64,000 nucleotides of DNA, taken from contig CAXXLZ010000001.1 in NCBI GenBank assembly GCA_963675595.2, forward strand, positions 544,001-608,000, read 5' to 3'. Positions 58,020-64,000 of the stretch are shown one piece after another. A program made the position numbers and the translations under genes. How positions within the stretch are numbered: the first letter of the stretch is position 1; every line of letters begins with the position of its first letter. The notes under the pieces were generated by a model. It was given only the letters and a program-made list of their open reading frames with translations. It was not told the origin of the DNA and made no database searches. This DNA is from Thermodesulfobacteriota bacterium. GTDB taxonomy: Bacteria > Desulfobacterota > Desulfarculia > JACQYL01.

Positions 58020-59525
58020 TTACACAGGTCCCAGATACAGGTTTTCCACAAAGAAATCGTCGAACTCAGGGCAGTTCGTCAGATGAATCAATTCGGCTCG
58101 TTCCCCCACGTCTTTCAGACGTTGGACGGAAGAGGGGCACAGCAGTGCCTCCTCGCATCCCAACAAGGCCGTATTTCCGCACAGTTCGATCCGATCGGAT
58201 GGAATGCACGGCAACAGCCCAATGGCCTGTGCGCCGGCGACATTGAGCCGGCGGCTGAAAGTCCCCGAAACACAGATGCGTTGCAGGTCTTCGTTTCCCA
58301 AACCGGCCTTTGCTTCCAAGACCCTTACGGCCCCGCAGACGGCGGCTTTGGTCTCTTGGAACTCCGTCACGTCTTCTTGCGTGAGGACAATGGTCCGTTC
58401 GTCATGCACCAGAGAGAACCCCTCTTGTGGAACGGTCGATGTGAAGCGACCCGTGGGGCTCAAGACGCGGGAGCCCACAAGGCGGGCTATCACATCGATG
58501 AGTTGGGCGCCTTCGACGGCGAAACCTGACCCTTCCGATCCCGATGCCGTCTGCCGAACTCGGTTGATCGCCGATCCCGCAAACGGAGGGTTCTTGGCGG
58601 GTGATGTGACTCTCAGCACTCGTCCGTCCCACAAGGCGATGCCCGAAGCGAAGTCCAGGTCCATGAAGAGGCCGGGGCTTTCGTCCTCAAGGAGACCTGA
58701 GGCCATGACGCCTGCAAGCAGGTGAGAGCCTCCCTGTTCTTTCAAAGGCGGCACGATCTCGACTTCGGCTTCCGGATGAATGGCCCACTGGCCCGCCCAG
58801 TCTCGTGCAGGTTCCGGACGGCCGCGAGCCCGATCCGACGACGAGGTCTCCGCCGCGGCATTCCCCACCAGCGCGACCCGCACCACTCGGCCGAGATCGA
58901 TTCCTTCCCGAACGGCGATGTCCCAAAGCCCCTCTTTCACGGCTTCCAAGGTGCGGCGGCCTAAGGCTATGCCGCCCAAAAGGGATTCGGGATCGTTGGT
59001 TGACCCCGCTGCATCATCCGGATCCGGGTCGTCGGGCGCATATGGGCCGTAACGTCCTGCCAGGCGTTTGCCGTCGCCGAGATCACACAAAGAAAGACCG
59101 ATGTCGATGGGACCGACGTCCACAGCGGCACCGCAGGGCCTTTGGACCCCCTGGGGCAGGTCTTGTCTCAAATCCTCCTCGGGAAGTCTCTTGCACCGCT
59201 CACGATTGATGTCCAAGGGCCTCCACACGGACTCCGGCGTCGGTGCCGGGATCGTCACCCACAGGTCTTCTTCGGGTATTACCTGGCACGCCAGTCGGAT
59301 GCCCCGGGCCAGTTCCTCGGTGTTCAGGTGCAGGCGTTCTGCGGTATTGGGCGCTCCCACATTCCCCTTTTCGATAGATACCCGGCAGAGCCCGCATCCG
59401 CCGATTCCGCTGCATCCCGAGCGGACTCCGGCGCCTGCGGCATCCAGTATCCGACGCAAAGAGGGCCCGGAGACAAAGGATATCCTTCGTTCTCCATCTG
59501 CCCGCCTGACGGTTAATATGGGCAC
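58020..59525 (-). CDS. Degenerate ASKHA/RACE-like corrinoid activator with 2Fe-2S domain
   Basis: CSG.GGCG.C...RLAC ferredoxin; C-terminal LTQ.DV...Q..K.A, G.F, IGLLP, GN.AL.G; the ATPase DIGT motifs are eroded. Confidence 0.72.
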   Translation of the reverse strand: MPILTVRRADGERRISFVSGPSLRRILDAAGAGVRSGCSGIGGCGLCRVSIEKGNVGAPNTAERLHLNTEELARGIRLACQVIPEEDLWVTIPAPTPESVWRPLDINRERCKRLPEEDLRQDLPQGVQRPCGAAVDVGPIDIGLSLCDLGDGKRLAGRYGPYAPDDPDPDDAAGSTNDPESLLGGIALGRRTLEAVKEGLWDIAVREGIDLGRVVRVALVGNAAAETSSSDRARGRPEPARDWAGQWAIHPEAEVEIVPPLKEQGGSHLLAGVMASGLLEDESPGLFMDLDFASGIALWDGRVLRVTSPAKNPPFAGSAINRVRQTASGSEGSGFAVEGAQLIDVIARLVGSRVLSPTGRFTSTVPQEGFSLVHDERTIVLTQEDVTEFQETKAAVCGAVRVLEAKAGLGNEDLQRICVSGTFSRRLNVAGAQAIGLLPCIPSDRIELCGNTALLGCEEALLCPSSVQRLKDVGERAELIHLTNCPEFDDFFVENLYLGPV

Positions 59526-59528
59526 GGA

Positions 59529-60542
59529 TTACCTTTCCCCGCAAGCGGCCGAAACCATGGCGGCGATGTTCTCGGGCGCGGCTTCCGGAGGAATTTCGCA
59601 GCCCGAAGAGAGAATGAACCCACCACGCCGGGCAAATATACGTAACAAACGGTGTGATTCATCCGAAATTTGCTCGGGAGTGCCTTCCACAAAGGAGAGC
59701 GGCTTGATATTGCCGTTGAAACAGGTATGGGGGAGCGCCTCCATGGCCTGTTGCGGGTCCACGCAGAAATCGAGGTTGGCGAGGTTCACGTGGGCTTGGG
59801 GATAGAAGCGGAGAATCGGCGCCACGGGACCTGCCGTGTGCAGCCAGTTTACAGCCGACCCCGCCTGTTTGAAGGCGGCGAAGATGCGTTGAAGCCGGGG
59901 CAGCAGGAATTCTCGGTAAAACCCGGGGGGGACCACGTCCGGTGATGCGGAAGGATCGAAAACGATGGGCAAGTGGGCGCCCGCCTCCAACTGTGCCGTA
60001 CCGAAACGGATGATTACTTCGGAGGCGAAGTCCAGGAGACGCTCAAAAAGCTCCGGGGCGTCAATGGCCAAGTAAAGGCTCGTCTCCGCACCGGCCAACT
60101 GCATGGCCAAAGTCATGGGGCCCACCACGCAGCCCACCACCAGAACGTCGTTCCCCACTTCCCGCCGCAGGATGCCCGCAGCCTTCAACAGCTCGGGCAT
60201 ACGGCCCTCGGTGCGTGGGTCGGGCACGAGAAGCGTGTCAATATCCATGCCTGCAGAAAAGACGTAGGACGACACCACCGGATACCGACCGGTTCCATAG
60301 CTCAAAACCGAACCCACGGCTTCCGTTTCCACGCCCACGTCCATTAACGCGAAAACCGCGTCGTAGCCGTAGCGGTTGAGCGCCTTTGCCTGGCAGCGAG
60401 CCAGAAGCTCGCCGTCCCGGACGTAATGGTTCAAGTCCACTCCGCTCAGCACTGCGGCATGGCCGAACACCTGGGCGATCACCGGCACACGGTCCGTCCC
60501 CCGAAAGCTCACAGCCGCCTGAATGCGTTCCAGGCTATTCAA
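59529..60542 (-). CDS. UroD/MtaA-family protein
   Basis: SLERI.A...DRVPV, E.EAVG, GPMT, DPSAS, GNI.P, GFILSSGCEIP...PENI; HxC replaced by HTA. Confidence 0.88.
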   Translation of the reverse strand: MNSLERIQAAVSFRGTDRVPVIAQVFGHAAVLSGVDLNHYVRDGELLARCQAKALNRYGYDAVFALMDVGVETEAVGSVLSYGTGRYPVVSSYVFSAGMDIDTLLVPDPRTEGRMPELLKAAGILRREVGNDVLVVGCVVGPMTLAMQLAGAETSLYLAIDAPELFERLLDFASEVIIRFGTAQLEAGAHLPIVFDPSASPDVVPPGFYREFLLPRLQRIFAAFKQAGSAVNWLHTAGPVAPILRFYPQAHVNLANLDFCVDPQQAMEALPHTCFNGNIKPLSFVEGTPEQISDESHRLLRIFARRGGFILSSGCEIPPEAAPENIAAMVSAACGER

Positions 60543-60848
60543 CGTTCCCGATCCATTTCACAAGCGACCGGGACCGGTTCGCCGGGGACCGTCCTTCGCG
60601 CCCTCCCTCCTCAATGTGTCCCATATAAGGACGGGCGGGAGTCCCGGTTCGGCTCAAGAGAAACATTCCTTGCTCCTATTCACGGGGGCATTGAAGCCTT
60701 GTAAGCGTTTCTGCTCCGCCCCGTTTCGGGATATACCCCGTCCGCAATGCCTTATGCTCCCGCTCAGCCGAAGATGTGGAAGACCTCTCAATCGGCGTTG
60801 AAAAGGGCGGCGTGGATTTTTCCAAGGAGCCCCGAGTCACCATAATCA

Positions 60849-61487
60849 TCAGCCGGTCTCCTGCAACGCTTCGAGGTGGTGCAGGCCGTCGAAAGCGGTC
60901 TGAGCCACATAGTCCACGTTGAGGCTCTCCGGGGAAGATTGCTTGAGGGCGGCCCCTCCCGCCATGAGGTGCATGTGTCCCAGGCCACGTTCGACCATCT
61001 TCTCCTTCACTCCCCGGACTTGAGGCAGCACGGTGGAAATGAGCCCGCTGATGCCCACAACGAAGGTTCTCTCCGCTTCGGCGGTATCGAGCAACCTTTC
61101 CACGGGACAATCTTTGCCGCAGTCCACCACCCGGTACCCTGAAGCGGTCAGGACCATCTTGAGAATATTCTTACCCAAATCATGGACATCCCCTTCCAGG
61201 GTCGCGACCACGGCGGCGCCTTTGCTTTTCCGGAGGGGTTTATCGGGGGGGAAAATTTCTTTCATCACGCCCGTGGCGGCGCGCCCGCAAAGCATGATTT
61301 CCAGGAGATTGAATTCATCCACCGTGCACTTGGCGTTCAATCTCGCCATGGCTCCTTCCAGGCCTTCCGTGATGATTCGTTCACGCGGGACGCCCGAATC
61401 CAGAAGCTTTCGAGCCTCCCCCACGGATCGTTCCTGATCGCCTTCAAGCAACGCCTCAATGAGTGGATCCATGATGGTATAGTACAT
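60849..61487 (-). CDS. Corrinoid (B12-binding) protein
   Basis: Cap domain, EGDVHDLGKNI, SGL, GGAA. Confidence 0.9.
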   Translation of the reverse strand: MYYTIMDPLIEALLEGDQERSVGEARKLLDSGVPRERIITEGLEGAMARLNAKCTVDEFNLLEIMLCGRAATGVMKEIFPPDKPLRKSKGAAVVATLEGDVHDLGKNILKMVLTASGYRVVDCGKDCPVERLLDTAEAERTFVVGISGLISTVLPQVRGVKEKMVERGLGHMHLMAGGAALKQSSPESLNVDYVAQTAFDGLHHLEALQETG

Positions 61488-61566
61488 GATCGACCTTGTT
61501 CCCGCTTTTTCGTTTGGACTTACTCCGACTTCTCGGCGGTGGAAGAGTTTCGAGAAAGGAACGACT

Positions 61567-61619
61567 GAAAAAAAAAGTATTTCGTTAGTTAAGCTAACGA
61601 ATTCCGTGTTAACGGAATT
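61567..61619 (-). promoter_or_regulatory. Tandem inverted repeats plus U-run in the leader of the corrinoid/kinase operon
   Basis: AATTCCGT-N4-ACGGAATT abutting TTCGTTAG-N5-CTAACGAA, followed on the minus strand by T9. Confidence 0.4.
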
Positions 61620-62323
61620 TTGTTGATCTGTTCTCCAGCCCCCTTATGATTACAGGATCGGTTGCTGAAGTCAAAGGCATTACTTTTTCCGATTGAAGGC
61701 GCTTGTTGGGCGTTCGCGATGAGTCTCGAGGGCTTTCTCCTCTCCCCAAACAGCATGAGCGAAAAATGTTACGGAATTGTGAAGCCGTTCCGGTGGGATC
61801 CTCGAACGAACTCAGGAGAAGAGAAGCGCCCGGGGCATCCAAACCCGACCGCCCCTTACATCGGCTCCGTTTCTTGTCGCGCCGGAGGCTCACCTCAGCG
61901 GTAAGTCACCGGCCTTTTTCTGCGAGCCGTTGAAGGATAACCGCAAAGGGGCATTTCCGGAATTACAATTGTCCCTCGGGAGGGTCTCTGGTATTCTTAA
62001 TATATCTTCACAATACCGCAGCTTCGCCACAGCTTGTTGCCTTATGGGGTAGGGCCGCGCCGGAGCAGGACTCGAATCTTTCACAAACCGTCGGAAGCGG
62101 CCCGCTTCGGAATCCGCCTTTGACCGGGCCCGCCAATGAGCTTGAGCGAGGGAGAGGCAGGATGCCGCATCGCGCTCTGGAGCAAAACCGTATTTCCTCC
62201 TATTTGCAGGTTCCTTCAAGACTTACACTCCAGACTTTTCGGCTTCGGAACCTCCCGTGTCCGAACTGCATTTCAGTTCCCTCTCCGTCGAAGGCGGAGA
62301 CGGCCGCTTAAACAGCTTTGAAA

Positions 62324-62359
62324 AGGGGTATGGAGGAAAACTTGCTCGAAAGTTTTCCT
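62324..62359 (+). repeat. REP-like palindromic element, copy D
   Basis: AGGGG-TAT-GG-AGGAAAACTT/AAGTTTTCCT. Confidence 0.4.
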
Positions 62360-62394
62360 GCGAAGAACCCGTTCGAAAAATGATGGAGGCGGCG

Positions 62395-64000
62395 ATGCGC
62401 ATCAAGGCAACGGTGGTTTTCCTTGTCGGTTTGTTGGCTTTCAACTTCGGGCCGGTGGGTATGCGTACGGCATTCTCGGCCGAGGCGCGCCTCAAATCCC
62501 TGAGTCCGAGGACCCTCGCCGCCACGGCGGAGAATGTGATTACCAACGGCGTGCCCTACGAGACGTCTTTAGGATCCAACAGCTATGGTAATGCCTATAT
62601 CGACGTGCCGGAAGGCGCGACCCGGCTCACCATCACGGTATCCGACGGAAGCGGGGACCTGGACCTCTACGTGAAGTACGGGGCCCCGTTGCAGGGAAGC
62701 ACCGTGGCGGAACTGGATTCGGAAACCGATTTCATGTCCGACGGGCCCACCGCTTCGGAACAGGTGGTGGTGACCCCGTCCGACGATCCGCCGTTGCAGG
62801 CGGGCAAATGGTACGCGGCGGTGTTGAACTACAACGCCTACCAGACTTCCTTCACCATCACGGCCACCTACGAGGTGCCGGGAACCGGTCTGGAAAACGG
62901 AATTCCGCTGAACTATGCTCTCAACGGCGGCCGCTTCCTGCAAAACCTGTACATCGACGTGCCGGCGGAAGCCAAGAAGCTCACCATCAAGCTGACGGAC
63001 GGGCAGGGCGATTTGGCCCTGTATGTGAAACGCGGGTCCGACGTGAGCGGCGCCACTCTGGAAGAGCTTCGAGAGGACGCGGACTTCTTTTCGAGCACTT
63101 CCGGAGCGGATGAAACCGTTATAGTGGAAACAACCACTTCACCGCCCATCGCCCCGGGCAAGTGGTACGCGGCCGTGGGCAACCCCAACGACGATTCCGT
63201 CAACCTGACCCTCACGGCGTCCTATGAAACCGTGCCGGACGCGACGCCGCACCAACTCACCGTGGAAGCGACCCCTCAACGCATCGTGCCTGGGGACCCC
63301 CTCGATTGGACCTACTCCGTGACACCGGGCACCGTGGAGGGGCGAGTGGACTTGGCCGCGGCCATCATGCTTCCCTGGGGCGACCTCATGTTTCTGACGG
63401 AAAACGGCCTGTCCTATGAGCCGGACGTGTTCCGTTGGGGACTGGACGTCGAGGACCTGAGCACGGGTGTCCTCTTTCATGAGCTGCCTTTTCCCTCCAG
63501 TGTGCCCGAAGGCCAATACGGGTTCTATGCGGTGTTGCTGAGGGAGGGCAATCCGGTTCCGGACGCCTCGAACTGGGTGAGCAACGTGGGGGGCTCTTTG
63601 GTGCAATTCAATTACCGTTCACCGGACCATGACTGGTTTCTGAGCCAAGAGGGCTTTCCCAACGGGTTTGTGAAATCCTTCAGCGAACACGATGGTCTCG
63701 TACGCGTGGACGAAACCTGGGTTTATGCCGCCAATGGACTCACGGTGTCCTTTGTGAACGGCAACTTCGCCGGGGACGAACCCATGGCGGATTCCGTCAC
63801 CGGCACGGCGACTCCCTTCAGACCGGAAAACTACCCATTCGACACCGGCCGAGGGGGGATCGAGTCCAGGCACGGTCCGGCCCCGATATCCGGGCAATAT
63901 TCCGTTTGGGACGGCACGTTGGAGGTCCTGGTGTACGACGGTATTGTGTTTGGACTGCACAACGGCCGTTTGGTCGCTGTGGTGGCGGGACCATCCACAG
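62395..64000 (+). CDS. Secreted protein with two PPC (pre-peptidase C-terminal)-like domains, 3'-truncated
   Basis: Absent from the ORF track because it runs off the window; GGAGG RBS, signal peptide, two repeats of YIDVP..A..LTI...DG.GDL.LYVK.G ... GKWYAAV.N. Confidence 0.8.
   Translation, partial: MRIKATVVFLVGLLAFNFGPVGMRTAFSAEARLKSLSPRTLAATAENVITNGVPYETSLGSNSYGNAYIDVPEGATRLTITVSDGSGDLDLYVKYGAPLQGSTVAELDSETDFMSDGPTASEQVVVTPSDDPPLQAGKWYAAVLNYNAYQTSFTITATYEVPGTGLENGIPLNYALNGGRFLQNLYIDVPAEAKKLTIKLTDGQGDLALYVKRGSDVSGATLEELREDADFFSSTSGADETVIVETTTSPPIAPGKWYAAVGNPNDDSVNLTLTASYETVPDATPHQLTVEATPQRIVPGDPLDWTYSVTPGTVEGRVDLAAAIMLPWGDLMFLTENGLSYEPDVFRWGLDVEDLSTGVLFHELPFPSSVPEGQYGFYAVLLREGNPVPDASNWVSNVGGSLVQFNYRSPDHDWFLSQEGFPNGFVKSFSEHDGLVRVDETWVYAANGLTVSFVNGNFAGDEPMADSVTGTATPFRPENYPFDTGRGGIESRHGPAPISGQYSVWDGTLEVLVYDGIVFGLHNGRLVAVVAGPST

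Overview
GC-rich bacterial chromosome segment, probably from an anaerobic Desulfobacterota/deltaproteobacterium (inferred from gene content only). It is dominated by metal and corrinoid biology. (1) 1-15 kb: TonB/ExbBD, a FecCD-type ABC importer, a TonB-dependent receptor and two FmdE paralogues; two operons here are preceded by near-identical terminator-like leader hairpins. (2) 15-28 kb: DAK2/DegV, cobU-cobT-cobS and housekeeping genes including asnS. (3) 28.8-47.6 kb: a large corrinoid methyl-transfer island with V4R sensors, a two-component system, MtrH-like and MtaA/CmuA-like methyltransferases, a corrinoid protein and an ASKHA activator. Its second operon has two genes broken by in-frame UGA codons at conserved-Cys positions, each followed by a SECIS-like hairpin: a UroD/MtaA-family methyltransferase (PG-U-DMP) and a thioredoxin-fold protein (U-x-x-C). 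The same operon carries four further CxxC proteins, a TSCPD-phosphoesterase-like fusion, a coiled-coil-less SMC-like ATPase ending in CC, and two COG0523 GTPases. This putative selenium- and corrinoid-dependent methyl/thiol-redox system is the best candidate for an undescribed system. (4) 47.6-64 kb: lipA, manC, a cobalamin-riboswitch-controlled ADH-like + TrpD-like operon, a degenerate corrinoid/methyltransferase/ASKHA module coupled to a hybrid kinase, and a truncated PPC-domain secreted protein. I saw no tRNA, rRNA, CRISPR array, transposase or sel genes. All family calls are by-eye motif recognition, not database searches.
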